The notes below the pieces were generated by a model. The model was not told the origin of the DNA and searched no databases. It saw only the letters and a list, made by a program, of their open reading frames with translations. The translations under genes and the position numbers were made by a program. Shown piece by piece: positions 43,276 through 59,468 of a stretch of 64,000 bases of DNA; position 1 is the stretch's first letter, and each line of letters begins with the position of its first letter. Source of the stretch: Chrysomallon squamiferum (lineage: Eukaryota > Animalia > Mollusca); assembly GCA_012295275.1 (NCBI GenBank), contig CM022672.1:8618001-8682000 (forward strand). The letters run 5' to 3'.

Positions 43276-44579
43276 CAACAACAACGATGACGAAACAACA
43301 CAATAATAACAACAACAACAATAATTATAACAAAGCAACACCAACAATAATAATAATAATAATGGAAGTAGTAGCAGGGGCAGTAGAAGCTCTAACAGTA
43401 GTGACAGTAATAATAATAGTAATGATAAGCGTAAATTAGAAATAATCATGAAATACTCTTTGCCAATATCATTAAAATATCATCAATGTCAGTGGTCTGT
43501 AATCAGTGACACCACAATAATCATAAACAATAACAAATCATAGCTATCAGTAATAGTCAGCTATATTATCTGTGTTATATATTAGCATAGCCTTAACCGC
43601 ATCATGATTCTTGGTGTAATATTATTTATTCAAACAATATGAGCTGTATAATTGTAATCAACATTGTTTTACTGTTTTTACACTTCGTTAGCACTGACAT
43701 CATTATAATAGTAATTATTTTCTTCTGTCATAAAATAACACTTTTTTTTCTTCTTTTTTAAATCTCTGATATTTGTTTTCGAGATTCCGTTTAAAGCAAA
43801 TTGCACAATATATCGGGATCAAAAAAAAAAAAAAAAAAAGTAAAACGAAATATAATTAATTTAATTAGTTATGTAGTAAATGCAAAAATACACAGCTACT
43901 TTTTTTTCTATAATAAATACACATGGCAGTAACATTTCAGCTGAAATGCCAGGATGTTCGTGTTCCTGATTATTTTTCACTTTTCTTTCAGCTCACTTTC
44001 ATTATATCTACCCACAAGCTTTGCACATCTACGTGTACAGTTAAATGAAACTGAACAGCTACTTGAGAGAAATGTGAAACTACGACAATGTATTCATTGA
44101 TCGTAGTATGACATCATCGACGGCGTCACATTGCCTGTAAACGAATGTAATTAGTGTCACAGTTCCTGGTAAATTTTTTTTCTCAGTTCTGAATGATACG
44201 TTCTAAGTAGGGAGTCTGATAATTTGCTTCACGTCTTCTTTCAACGCTGCTGTTTGTGTGTGTGGGTAGCGAGTTTTATGTAATTGACAATTTGCAGAGG
44301 ACTGGGTCAGAAACTGGGCCAGAAAACAGCTGAACTACGTCAACGAATCAGCTGCAGCCTGTCGTTGTCACCGAACTACAACATCAATTAGATAGCTGCT
44401 CATTTCCATAATTACTGAGAAAAGACGAAATACTGGTGAGAATAATAAAAAAATAAAAAAACACGTGAATTGTGAAGAACCAGATCCTGCCTCGATTATT
44501 TGGAATAATATGTGAAGGTTAAAAGAAAGATGGCTGGACCTAATGAATATAAATTATTTCTTTATCTTCTCTGTATTCG

Positions 44580-44648
<69 letters not shown>

Positions 44649-46316
44649 ATTCTCAAACACATATACACACGCACATTAATTTAATTATCACATTTTTAAA
44701 TAATCCCTTACTGCACTCTCTCTGTACTTTGCAAAATAAATGCGAATAAGGAAAAACATATTTAAATAAAAAATATTCTGCCTTTAGCATTCAATCTAAA
44801 AATTTTATTAAAAAAAAAAAAAAAAAAAAAAAAAACACCTTAGCGTCTTGGATCTAGCAGCAGACATCAGATTCATCGTTCATCTATATGTAGATTGATT
44901 TTCTTGAGGGTTGCTTCATAATAATAGTAAAGATAATAATAGCTTATCTGTAAGGACGTATTTGATTCAGATTTTGTCTACAAGGTATTAACAGAGATTC
45001 GGTCACAAATCCTAGAAAAGAAGAAAGAATAATTCCAGCTTATGTAAGAGTGTGTGTCTGTTTGTGTGTGTGGGGGGGTCTGTGTTTAAATGTATATATA
45101 AGTTTAATAATAATTTCTACATCTTCTTGTTGTAATTATCAGTTGTTGTGAGTTCTGCTGCTGAATGTCGTAAATAATACGTACTGCGTAAAAGAACAAA
45201 AACAGAGAACTAAAATTAAGTAATGATTAAAAAATTCAGAGAAAGATTTTATAGCTCCGTGTAAAAATAATGTTGTTAAAAAGTGAAAGAAAACCAAACC
45301 AAATAAAACAAAAAAAAACCGCTCTAAATGTGCTGAATGGACATTCATTACACAACTTCCTGGTATAAACTGTCCTTTGGTTTGGAGATTAAGCGAGTAG
45401 AATGTTTTATGTTGGTAATGAGGCTGAAACGTCAAACAGTCACGTGACGTGTATTAAACATTAGCTTAATTTGGTGTCGAGACTAATCCGTGACACACTG
45501 GAACACAGAAGGAGTCCAGTTTCACACTATAAATAACATCCGGGCAAGGAAGCGAAAAACGGAACAATCGGTTTATAGACTTCTGGGAAATTCGTCTGAT
45601 AAAACAAATCGATGTCTAATGTTTAAAATCAACAAAATATTATATACTAAAAGAAAACGCAAAATAAGATTTATCAATTATTTATACATGTACATTAAAT
45701 AATTATGTTGCATTAACAGTCTCGCAGTCGGTCTTTTTATTTTATTTAATTATTAATATACTTCTTTTTCCTTTTTTTATTTTCCTTTCTTTTTTTCTTT
45801 TCTTTTCTTTTTTCAGTTATTTATGTACTTCTATTTTCTCTGCTTTTTCTTATGGCGTCTTCTTCCCTCTTTTTATCTCTCTATGCCTAATATCTTCTCT
45901 CCACACTTTCTCTTTCTCTCTTTTTTCTTTCTCTACCTGTTTACTCTCTCTCTCTCTCTCTCTCTCTCTCCACTCTTTTTCTATCTAACTAGCTATCTAT
46001 ATATCTATCTCTCTGTGTTAGTTTTTCGAAAATCTTACATTCATTTTCAGCTCATCAGAGAAATCAGTAGTAGAAGAAATATAAAATAAACCAGTGACAA
46101 ATCGCAAGACTTATGGAAATAGAAGGTAGGAAAGGGCTGTTGTAATTATACGTGTATCTAGAAAATCCGTACAAAGAGATATTAATCGCTGTAAGATTAG
46201 ACATTTAGAAAACTTTCACCTGTCTCTGCGAATTCTTACAAATACTTAGTGTTGTACTATTCTGACGTGTTTTCTACGGATTCGGATTTTTAGCATTCGA
46301 CAATGTGTGTGTGTGT

Positions 46317-46361
<45 letters not shown>

Positions 46362-48352
46362 TTTCTGAGTGTGTGTGTGTGTGTGTGTGTGTGCGTGCGT
46401 GTGTGTGTTAATCTTAAATCTCAGAGACATGATTTTGGAGGTGTTACTTCTCTTTGATTAATCCTCTAACCCACTGATCTTTTAACATGCTAAAACGACC
46501 GAGGTTTCTGTATCGCACGACCAAAATGAAATGAACGTGGACCTTTAATGGATGTAAACATAGTTCCGTCGCTGATATTTTCACATATTATATTTATTAG
46601 AACAAATACTGAATAGTACCTTGATTTAACATCATTAAACGGGTTGTATTTTAAAGCAAGTATTTGACAGCATAGGTTAAAAGTTTGTTTTGTTTAAAGA
46701 CAACAACAGAGACTGAAATAACAAGGAGGTGTACAGACGAAATCATTAAAAATATCTCAGATGATGGAAAAGACCAACACGGAGTGTTCTGGCGTCTAGA
46801 TTGTATTTCTCATGAATTAAGTACTGAACACCACGAGATCAATATATCAATATAGTTTGACTGTTCTGTATAATCATTTGGTTATCATAGTCAGCCTCTA
46901 TCAACCTTTAAATGTAGCTTGGATCGGTTTCCTCACAAAAGCAAACAAACCGGAAGTGTGTAAACATCTATCATCTCCCCAACCAATCAAATTTGACCGT
47001 ATAACAAACTTCAGTCTTCTCTAGCGTTCTTTCTTTTCTTTCTTATTTTTGAATTTTTTTATTTTTTATTTTTTAACTGACTGACGTCTGTTGAGGTCAG
47101 TTTGAACCCAGATCTCCATGCGTCTATTTTGTGTCTGTGTAGATGTATTAATAGTTTCTGAGTGATGCTGAGTGCTCCTAACTGTATAATGAAGAGTCTT
47201 TGAGAAGTGTTCTACATTTACCCACTTTTTCTTTAATAACAGGTTTTTTTAAGAAAGTAGTCTGAAATATCTATTGAACAACTGGAACGTAATTCAATAT
47301 GAAATGTCATTATGACATAAGAAACCAATGTCTCTATGAAAAGGATACTGCAGACTTGTAAGAGAATAACAAAATATTTATTCTTTTTGTTGTAAAGTGT
47401 AAAGAAAATACGCTACGATGATAAAGAAAAAAATAAGCATTTTAATCAATTTATTCTTTTATCTGTTTTATTTTTAATTTATTAATTTTTTTTTTAGAAA
47501 CACTATGGCGGCAATATATATACAAATATCTCAATATAGAAACAAAATTTGGTTCTTTCTCTTAAAAAACTGATTCCATATTCGTTTATTATTTCTTTCA
47601 GTTGTTTAGAGAAAAGTTTCTAAACTAATAATATACACGGATATTTTTAGCTCTCTTTGTCATTATATCTTAACATAATGTCAAAAAATCGTGTTTTAAA
47701 GAAACCAGTTTCTCTCTTGCAGAAAGTTACTGCCATCTACTAAAAACAAAAGCACCTAATAATGTTTCCCTAATTTCTACGTAATATCTCCTCGGCCGTT
47801 TACCTAAAAAGAAAAAACGTCCTTCTAATGAAAACTATTAATTTTCTAAATGAAATTATAGACATTCATTTAGTTAAGATAACATCACTTAAGCTCAGAT
47901 ATCGGAAACCAAAACATCTAGCTAGAAAGCAATAAAACTCTCGTGAAAGCAAATAAACATTTTTTACTTCCTAACGTGTGTGAAATGTCGTGATGACAAT
48001 GCTATTCGTAAGCCAATACCTGGGTACTAAAAGTTGCCCACTTCTAAAGGAAAATGTACATATTTAAGTTACGTTATTAAAAGTTGACATTAATTTTCCT
48101 CTTGGAGCGGGCCAGACTTATTAACGTGTGCAGGCGACTAGTAACAAGATTTTGCTATTTTTGTGTTAGTAATGGCTATTGTCAAAACAGACATTTCGTG
48201 TTATCTTGGTAAATGTGATACGTTGTAAGGATAATTCAATTTACTTAGAATAATAATAACAACAATAATAATAATGTATAGACACACACACATACACATA
48301 CAATGTACATATATATATATACTTCATTATCATTATTATTATTATTATTATA

Positions 48353-48399
<47 letters not shown>

Positions 48400-49738
48400 A
48401 AATGGCAAGCGCTTCGTAACACTGAGACAAAACAAATAAAATAGTGAGACATTACAAAATCTTTCTACCAGACACCATTGTCTCTGCAACAATCCTAGAC
48501 GCAGATTAATCAAATTATGTCAAGTCGTAGACGTTTGATTAACTGTTTCATTATCTGCGTGTTCTGATAAACATAGTTATTTATTATAAATGATGATTCA
48601 TCTGTATAGCTATTTAAAAAAATATATAAAAAAAACAAAAAACCCCAGAGTAAATCACATTTTTAGTTTACTGATTTGTATCTAGAAAATGACGTCACAA
48701 ATAAAGCTTTCCTGTTGAACAAGGAAGTAAAATGTCTGCTTCCACGGTATTGTGGGAGCTTGCTACATTGAAAAATTTATTACTGAAAACGAATGAAAAT
48801 TAAATGAAAATTGATTCAGCATATTAAACAATTATAATAGATAAGTGAGTAAATAAAGAAATACAGAAAGAAAGAAAGGAAAACTAGTATGATAAATAAA
48901 GAAATATTGATGCAAAACTGAAAAGTGTAAATAAAATAAAATAAAACAAAGCAAATAAGAAAAAATGAATATAATAATAATTTTTTAGAAAGTACAAAGA
49001 AAAAGAACACAGTGAAAATATATGAACGCGAAGAATAAAATTAAAAAGAAAAAACCCTTAGAAAACATTAAAATTCAAATATGTATGTGTGTGTGTGCGT
49101 GTGTATTACTTATATATATACCGACACCCATTGAAAAAATCAAATAATATAAAATATTAAAATAATAATATTAATAAAAAAAATATATTAAAAAGAAATA
49201 AATATATACATATAAATAAATAAAAATAATTATCTTTTTTTCTGTGATATAGTTATCCGAAGACGTAATTCCAGCTTTAGAGGAAGTAAAACGTGCAGCG
49301 TGTGTTCTGTGTACCACTGCGTCACTAGATGTACAACAATCTGCAAGCAGGTTTTACCTTCATCAAGACAGCGAGATTTCAGATTACTGCTATACATAAA
49401 TAACTGATCGGTTTGCAAAGTAAAGGTTCACGACAACTAACCCATATTTACTAACGTGATGATAATGATGATCATGTTAAGAATAAATACAATATGTCGA
49501 TTGAGTTTTCATCTTCTCTGATTCTTAGAGATAAACATGTTTGCTATGACTAATCAGGCACCCTTAAACGATAAATAATTTGGCCGGATAATTGATTGTT
49601 ATGTTAGGATGCACTTAACCCAATAGGCAACCACTTCATCCTACCTTTAAAATTCCCTGTAGATCAGAATGTTCGTTTACTGAAGGAAAAATGAAAATGA
49701 AATGAAAACCAAATGAAGTTTTAATGAAATACAGGGAG

Positions 49739-49865
<127 letters not shown>

Positions 49866-52800
49866 GTAGGCTATAATAATATATAAAACACTTCTTAATC
49901 TATATATTTATACTAATAAAGACACTGACATCACAGCCCTGTCATCTATCAAATGATACGAAGTGAATTTGTATGTCTATCACTGACCCAATACTTTAGT
50001 ACTGACCACTGTGTGCACTGGTCTCTCATTAGCCTAGTTTTTAGTTCTGACCCCCCATGTCATCAGTCGATGGATTAAACATGAAAAATTACATTCACTG
50101 CGACCACCTGGCCTCGACGCGACACAGCGAACCTGGTGTTTACAGCTGTGTCAAAATATCTAATCTGAGAGATTCTTATGAAACTTAGGATTGATCGACA
50201 TCAGTAGTATAGTTTAACTGTGTGTTTTTGTTTAATGAAAGAAAAATAGTAATAACAGTAGCAACAACAAAAACAGTCGTGGTAACAGTAGTAGTATAGT
50301 AGTAGTACTTGAAGAAGTGGTACTAGCAGTAATAGTAATTGTAGTATTAGTGTAATGATACCAATAGCAGTAATAATAGTGGTAGAGTAGTGCTAGTAAT
50401 AATAAATACAATAATAATAATAATAATAATAGTAGTTATGCAAAATGTCAGTACTGAGTGACAGAGGCAGAAAAGGGGCAGAGAGAAGAGATGTTTAATT
50501 TTGTTATTGCTTTTACATATATTTCACTTTATAAATATGATTGTTCAGCTTAGGTCTAGGTGATTCTTTTCCCTTTATCGGGTTACAGCATTCACATCTT
50601 CATTCACTAAAACATCGACTTTCAATGCCCAATAATCAGAACGTGTGCAATCTCTCCAACAGAGATTTAACCCAAATGCGAAATGGTGTCATCCTAACTC
50701 TGTGGCCTCGGGTTAACTCATTTCCAATTTCCTTGGAAACACAAAGACAAGCTTGTATGATATTTTTGTTAAACTCGGAACCGAGGCCCATGCAGTGCTT
50801 AATCTTCTCTGGTCGCTTATGGCCATCGACCACCTCCCGGTCTCTCCAGTCCAGTTTGAACGACGGATAAAACCTCTTAACACAATTGTCGATCTGTCTG
50901 GAAGACCCGCAAACCAGATGTTCTTCAGCCGAACTGGGCTTTATCGAACACACACGGCTCCAGTATAAACAGTTGTTTCGTGTAAATCATGAAATAATTT
51001 ATGGTTTCGTTTATTGGATTTTTCAATTATTTTGCCTTATTTCTAACACAAACGTCGGCCATTTTTATCCAAACTGACCAATAGGATAACACTACATAAA
51101 CAGATAAAGGAAGTGGATTCCGAGCGCGTCTGAAATACGGTTAATAATGCAGAAACTTGATATATTTACATACGTAAAATGGAAACAATCGTGTTGATTA
51201 ATGTTTCTCCTGTAATGATGAATTTCTCATCATTTAAAGTAGAAATTATTTAAATAGATAAATATCAGTAATTCCTGACATCATTAATCACACTAGTTGT
51301 TGTTTTTCTGTTTACTAGAAAATACACAAATAATCGAATAAATGTAGAAATTTAAAGATGGCATATTTCTTTATGAGTTCATTTCAGTTATTCATGCATT
51401 CGTTCTCTCTCTCTCTCTCTCTCACTCTCTCTCTCTGTCAGTGTCTTCAAAACATATTTGTATGATAAGCATGTAAACAAAAGAAAAATTACAACACATT
51501 ATACCATAAAATACACACAACAGAGAACGATACAAAATGAACACGAAGTAACTGTGTAGATTTCTTATTTACATCATTCACTCGATTAATTAAAAGGTTC
51601 TCAAGATACAAATACTTTTTTGTACTTTGTTTTCTTTTGGTTCTTCTGAAGCGCAGCTGTGTCACCTCACACAAATGTATGACTAAGTATTACAGGATGT
51701 TTACGAACTTGCACACGGCTGGAATCCCGGCAACGTAATAATAATAACCCTACACTTCTCTGTTGTCAGCCTATAAGGATTATCTGTCTATTTTTCAAAT
51801 ATTATTACGCAGTTTACTAACTAACTTGTTTTCGCAAAAAGAAAAGCAATAAAAAAATGTATTTCTGAAATTAAAACAAGACGACGACAATAACTTTCAG
51901 ATAAAAACAAAACAAAAAACAATAGAGCAGACGTAACAAGTACTGGACGTTCTGATTGGCTGAAGCTGTTATAATTTTTTTTTTTTTCTTTTTTTTTTAA
52001 CCGTTTTCTCTCAGACCACATTGATTATCAGTCTAACCGAGTTTTCTTAAAAACTGTTAAAACAACAACATTTCTCAAGAAATTATTTGTTTCAAAATAA
52101 CTTATAAATACATAAATAAGAATAATAGGAATAGTAGTAGATAATTGAAAATATTAAAAGTAAATAGTCTTGATTCTCAGGACGTATACAGACAGAATAT
52201 TTTAACAGATTTTTTATTATATATATATAACTACTGATGAGTAATGTGAACTATGTAATATTAATAAATGATGTTTCGTAATATGATTATCAACTAATTA
52301 TGACGTCATTTCGTTAAAGAAATTGTGACGTAAGGTGATTAATGTAATTATAAATATGACTCATTATCATTAATGATTATTAATGATTAAGATGTAATGT
52401 ACAGATGTATGTGACGTAATGAGATCAGTTATAATAGTGACGCGATGTTATTAATCTCCCGTTTAATTATTCAGGTTTATGGGTTTAATTACGACTATTA
52501 ACTTCGACATTACAATGTAGATTTGGTATTAATGGAAGCGTTATCTTAATGCAGGTTAAAGAAGAATAAGTAATTCTCTGAGACCTGGCTTACAGAGAAT
52601 TTAGTCCGTGGACTCCTTTGTGAAGTATGAAACGGCACCAGTCACAATACACGCTATCTGCAGTCACAGGATACATTATTGTAGGAGCCGCCGAGAAGGC
52701 TTAGCTCACTAGCTGCAATAAATTTTTACAGCGATGCATAGCATTGCTTTCTTTTGAATCGTTTACATAGGATTTTGTTGATTAAAATATATGCTAAATT

Positions 52801-52929
52801 TCAATCGTTAAAGAAGGTACTCCACAACGCTCCAATTTCTACAAATCTAGAATTTTATAGTCTTTTAACTGTTCACGTTTCTTTATCTCTTTCTCTCTTA
52901 TCTCTACGCTTCATATATATCAGTCACTC

Positions 52930-52988
<59 letters not shown>

Positions 52989-53524
52989 GGGTGGGTGTGT
53001 GTGTGTGCGTGTGCGTACATAATGATTCATATATATATATTAATTTCAGCAACACAAAATATAAAAAGTTATGTATAATGTCACGATACTGTTTGTTCCT
53101 TTGTTTTTAACCTCACAAATGTAAGAGATATGGAATATGACAACAGTGGTGATTACCCACGTGTTATCTGACACCACCGACAATGTTGATATTTAGAAAC
53201 AATGTTTAAAACGAGAGAATCTAGAAATACAGTCGGTGTGACAAATGGGGCACGTGTATAAACAGACTGCTGGGAACTACGGTAATAAAACTGATGATGA
53301 GTCTGTTTGATGGGTTTCCTGAATCTAATTTTGGAGGCTACTTATTGAATATGTCAGAATTAAATGTTGGAGACTTGTTTGCTAACGTTGCATTGTGTAA
53401 TCAGTGTATTTTAATCTGTCGTCTTATGGTCAACGAAGGAACAAAATTTTGTTTAACCAAGCATCAATACAATTATATTTTTATACGTTTCATCTGCCGA
53501 ATATTTATTTATTAACTGTTTATG

Positions 53525-53584
<60 letters not shown>

Positions 53585-54177
53585 CGACACCATAAACTAT
53601 AATTATAATTATTATTATTATGTTGCTGTTGTTGTTGTTGTTGTTGTTGTTGTTGAGGATATTCCCTATCACATTTAAACTGTTACTTTCATTGATTACA
53701 AACAAATGGATATTTTAAATGCTTGTTCTCAGCTCCATCACGAAACAAAACGCTTGTGTTTGACATTTTAATCAGTCACAGAAACAATTTCTCGCATTTA
53801 GCCTGTCAGGCTACTTCTAAATCCAGACAAATAAAAAACATATTAAAATATAACACTATGTCTTAAACACAGTAATACTGATTTATTCCTACAGACGTTT
53901 CGATTTCTTTCTTTCTTTCTTTGGTTCTTTTTTTTTTACTTGAATAAAACATTTTAAATGTTGTTCGCGTTCCGCTTTGTTCTGCAGTGTTTAGATCAGT
54001 GTCGAGTAATGTTACATCCCGCCCACTGTCTGACACACATTTTATAATTCCCTTTAGATTCCTTCTAAGTGAATAAAGTTTACGATATTTAATACACAGA
54101 ACGCATAAGAGATGAAACAGTTAGCCTAAATCCTTGACCTATAAAATAATCACATAGCTGCTGTGATGATTGGTCAT

Positions 54178-54267
<90 letters not shown>

Positions 54268-54584
54268 CGTAGGCTATAAAGATGATCATACGCTAATCCA
54301 AATCCAAATATTGAATAATAATTTCTTTACTTTTTTGTTTTATATTATATTACTCTAATTTCACTATTATGTATTTTTATTTTTGTATTTTTCTTATTTT
54401 GTATATTTCTTAAACTGCTTTATTATTTTTAATGGACTCCCATTTTTAATTTTTATTTCTGCGTCATTTTATTATGTTGTTGCGTGAACTGTTAAATGCA
54501 AGAACGTTAATGTTCCATAATATAACAACAACAATAAAATAACAAAAATGGCAACAATAATAATTTTTAAAATAATTTTAAAAA

Positions 54585-54621
<37 letters not shown>

Positions 54622-55925
54622 TAAAAATAACAATAACAATACATTTTTTTCCAAAAAGCTGTTTTTAAAGTTAAAAAATATTTATATTTTATATGTCCTA
54701 GACTGATGTTTATTTCATCGCTAATCATCATCCATTTTGAAATTTGAAATTTGAAATTTATTTTATATGTCCTAATTTTTATATAATCGATATTTTCTAT
54801 TTTATAGCGGTACATTTTTCCATTTGTCCATTTCAAAGTCTAGAACGTAATAACAAGTAGACGCTGATAAGAAAGAAGAGCTGTATACAGACGGTGTCTG
54901 TTTATTACAGAGATCTCGCTATACTGTGTCATATTACTATATCTAACACCAGATGAGTTTCAACACGTCACAGAATGTTTATATAAAATTCACACACTGG
55001 AATTTTCATTTACATCTCGGGAAGATTTTCTGGTCAGAAATAATCAAAGACGATGTCAGATCGAAGTCATCTTTGGATAAATAATCTTAGTGGTCTAAAC
55101 TTCTGGAGGGTTTTACAAAACAGACGTGATGTGTTTGTTAAAAAGTGTTATTAAGAATCAGAAGCGAACGGAAGGTCAGAGGTTATAGCATGGCCTTATA
55201 GTGTATTCAGTCTGTCCTTCTAGTTACACCTGTTTTCTCATTCCAGGCAGGCTGTAAGGTGTGAGTGTGATACTTAATGGAAAATGTAATCAAAATAACA
55301 CATTAGTACCGATCCATAAGAGTTTGCCCGATATATCATTATTATCTAAAAAGATACCGGTTTAATTCAAGATGTCTACTACTGTCCGAAATCTGTACAA
55401 CAACATAGTTATATATTTCGAAAACAGCAAGTTTATGGAGTGTTATCATACTGATTATCATAAAACAATAGCAAATGTCTGTGCGTATGTGTGTTAATTG
55501 AAATTTTGCAAACATAAATATTTTAATTGTACGTGTTATGTTAAAGATAAACAATCGCTAGCCTATGATAATTTCAGCTATTTTAAATAAGGAAAGAACA
55601 CATTTTCTAAAAATGGAAATTCATGTTGGCAGTAGACATTATTTATAAAGACTGACACTACAAATGCTGGTTCATAACGCTTACTGTTTTCCGGTAGCAC
55701 GCAATAACTGAATAACATTTGAATACAACTGAAGACATGAACATAAACTTGGCGCTGTGAGGTGGGAGGAAAGTAGGTCGAGGAAACGAAACAGGAAATG
55801 CTGCTCGATAGACTGGTGTTTTGCTGAACATGGCGCGCATCCTGTCCTTCGAGGGATGATCAGTTTAATGGTTTCTTACAGGAATCTGTCGAGTTAGGTG
55901 TTTCATCATTTTGTTTTTCAGTTGT

Positions 55926-55956
<31 letters not shown>

Positions 55957-56424
55957 CAATTTTTTTCTTTATTCTTATTCTTTTTTTTTTTCTTTTTTTT
56001 GTGCACTCCTGATTATTATTATTATTATTATTAACTTTGTAAGTTTGTCGCATAGGCCTTATTACAACCTTTTATAGAGATATAAAAATAAACGGACAGA
56101 AATGATAAAATAGACGTTCTATGTCAGTGAAAAGAAAGCTTGGTTAATTCGACAAGTTAATGATGTCCTCTGGCATTTTTTATAATATCTTTACATTTAA
56201 AACTAGAGAAGAAATAAAAAAAAAATACTCAGTAGAAATCCGCAGAAAAACGTGCTTACGACAAGACTTGATCTAAACGCAAAATTACATTTCTTAAAAG
56301 TCATCTTTAACGGACTCGGTGAGATATTGAAAGAGATGTTTTTGTTATTCAGTAATTGCGTCAGTTAAGTTGCTCTGTGTTATGTACTAATAGTTTATAG
56401 AATAAAAGGCACATTTATACATTT

Positions 56425-56517
<93 letters not shown>

Positions 56518-57404
56518 AAAAAGAATTGGATGACTGTTACTTTATCTTTCTGAGAATTGACTGGTTGTGTGTGGGAAGTTTACAAAAAACAAAAAACAAG
56601 ATTTTCTCTGTCACTGTTCGTTACATAACGTCACATATCTAAACCTAGCGAGAACGCAACTTTTCAGGTTCGTTTAATCCCTCGACTTCTGATTTTTTTT
56701 TTTTTTTTCCTTATTCTTGGAGGCCGTTACTGAAAGTTCTTCGTGTTCCCAGGACACATGCACTGAATTTGAAAACTAAATAAGCATAACATATTGCTTA
56801 ATTTTTCAATTAGAGCATTTTGATTGTTCATGTAAATGAAAACGAAGTAAGCGTATCTTTAACACGTGGGTTAATTAATACAACAGTCTTTTAGAGGAGT
56901 CGATAGAATAATACTTTTATTTTATTTTATTTTATTTTATTTTTTTATGAAAGGGATGTTTTGTCTGTTGTTGTAACTTCAAAAATATTTGACGTGAAAA
57001 CACACTTGCTTTCACGAAATAGTTCAGTTGATAATAATACTCGACTAACTTTATTATATGGAATTAATCTTACTGTTTCGCGTAACATATTGGTACAGAT
57101 GCACTGTATTAACAAATGGCTTCGCCCAGATCTTACTAGAGACAGTAATTGATGACATCTTAGTGTTTTTATAACGAGTTGTCTGGTAACACACGTGGGT
57201 TGAAGGAGGATAATATTATTTTTCATTTAAGTTAACATTACACGAGGTAAATGATAGTTATTAACAAACTTGAAACTCGTCAGTAAATAATTAAAATAGG
57301 TTTGCAGAATTTAATACTAGCTGGTCTAAACAACAATCACAGTGGTTCGGGTGTATTCTATTCTGAATCAGATACCTAGTACGTATAATCTATATATGTA
57401 CGTA

Positions 57405-57515
<111 letters not shown>

Positions 57516-59346
57516 ATGCAAACTTACATACACACAGACATATGTAAAAAGCTGACTGATATATATATATTTACGAAAATTAATAAATAAAGAGATGAAT
57601 CAATGAAAGATACACGAAAGAAACCATAAAAAAAAATTAAAAAAAATAAAATAAAAAAAAAATAAAAAAAATAATAATAAGGTTAGTAAGAAACAAAAAA
57701 AAAAATGAATGCTTAACCTCAATTTATCTTTGTGACACTACTTCTTAAAAGCCATTATAAATTATTTTTTGCATATTAAATCAAGGCATGTGTCTAAATG
57801 CATTTTCTCAGAGGCAGAAATGCACATATAACATGACATCTGATGAGTCATTCAGTAGATGCCCCAAAGAATATATCGACCATGCAACCTACAGCTTATC
57901 AGATGGGCGAAGTGTACTGAAAGACAGAATGACAGAAAGAATGAATGGAGCTTGACAGAGGATGATCAGATGGTCAGAGAGTCAAACAGTCACAAAAAAA
58001 GACAGACAGACAAATGGATGGATAGAAAAAGAAAGAAAGAATGAATGATGGACAGGTGGACGCATGGATTAAATGAATGAAGCGGAAAAAAAGGACTGGA
58101 TTAGGGAAAAAAGAATATAAATGTCAGAAATAACGAAATCTCTCGAGACTGAGTTAGATCGGTAGAAGTTGTCATTTGTTTATTAAGCTGAGATTTTTTA
58201 TGTTGAGACAATTACCTGCTAAATTTCTTTCTTTCTCGACTGTCATTAAAAAACGATTAAATAGCGGCGGTTTTTATTACAGGATAATTTTAAATTTACG
58301 CGATTTTAAGGTGGTGGAATAAATATTATTATTGTTGAAATTGTACTTTAAAAAATATATTATATTAGTAAGTTTATTATAATAAAAAATGTATGAAACT
58401 GTTGAACAAACCATTCTTCAGGACAAGACATATAAGTGTATATCTATGTATATATGTTGTTCTTCGTGTTCTATTCTTCTAACGTACATTTCATAGTACA
58501 TTGTGTAATCGATGTATTTGGTGTTTAATATATATATATATATATTCATTTATTTATTCATTTTCGTAAATTCATTTTTCAAAATAGGTTAGTATAATCA
58601 ACAGCATTCACCGATAATGCCTAAACTGCACTGATCACCAAACAGTAAAAATAAACACATATTAAAACGAGAACACGTTTCGCCATCAAAATATCCAGAG
58701 TCAGTTTCACGTTGTATTGTTCCAGCTAATCGTGTCAACGTAATGACAAGTTGATGGCGTATTCTAACAAAAAAAGCTACGTGAAGAGGAGGCGACTAAC
58801 TCACGAGTTCTTTCTTCTCTTATAGCAAGTTTAATAGGCTATTGTGGTGCAAGGCCGAGAATGACAAAGTAATTTTAAGTAACTGTTTCAAGCAGTAAGT
58901 ACTGTGATTAGCGTAAACTGTTTTCTAGACGGTCATTTCTCCATCAGTTCTTCACTCTTTTCTCTATCCCTTCGTCCTTCAACCACTCTCCTACCCATCG
59001 ATCCAAATATTAATCCCGCCTCTCCATCCATCTCTTCATCGATCATTCAAATTTTCATTCAACCTTTCACTCGTCAAGCCATATCATTCATTAATTCAGT
59101 CCCTCATACCTCATTAACAACTTGAAGTGGACTGGCAAAACACAAAACACTGGTTATTTTCTTTCTTATCCCCACTAAATCAATATCTACATCATCAGCA
59201 ACGTAACATGAGAGGATTGTTTTAGCAGTTTGTTTTCAGACAGTGTTGTAATTAATCTTCTTACAGGCGTGATGTGTGTCACCGTGTTAGTGGTAATCAC
59301 TCACACCACACAACAACAACACGTCAAGTAGAGACACACATTAATT

Positions 59347-59468
<122 letters not shown>

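Noticed and set aside
55658-55860. GC-richer patch as a missing GPCR exon
   Set aside because: No TM1-5 motifs (GN, LAxxD, DRY) and no suitable splice sites; more likely non-coding.
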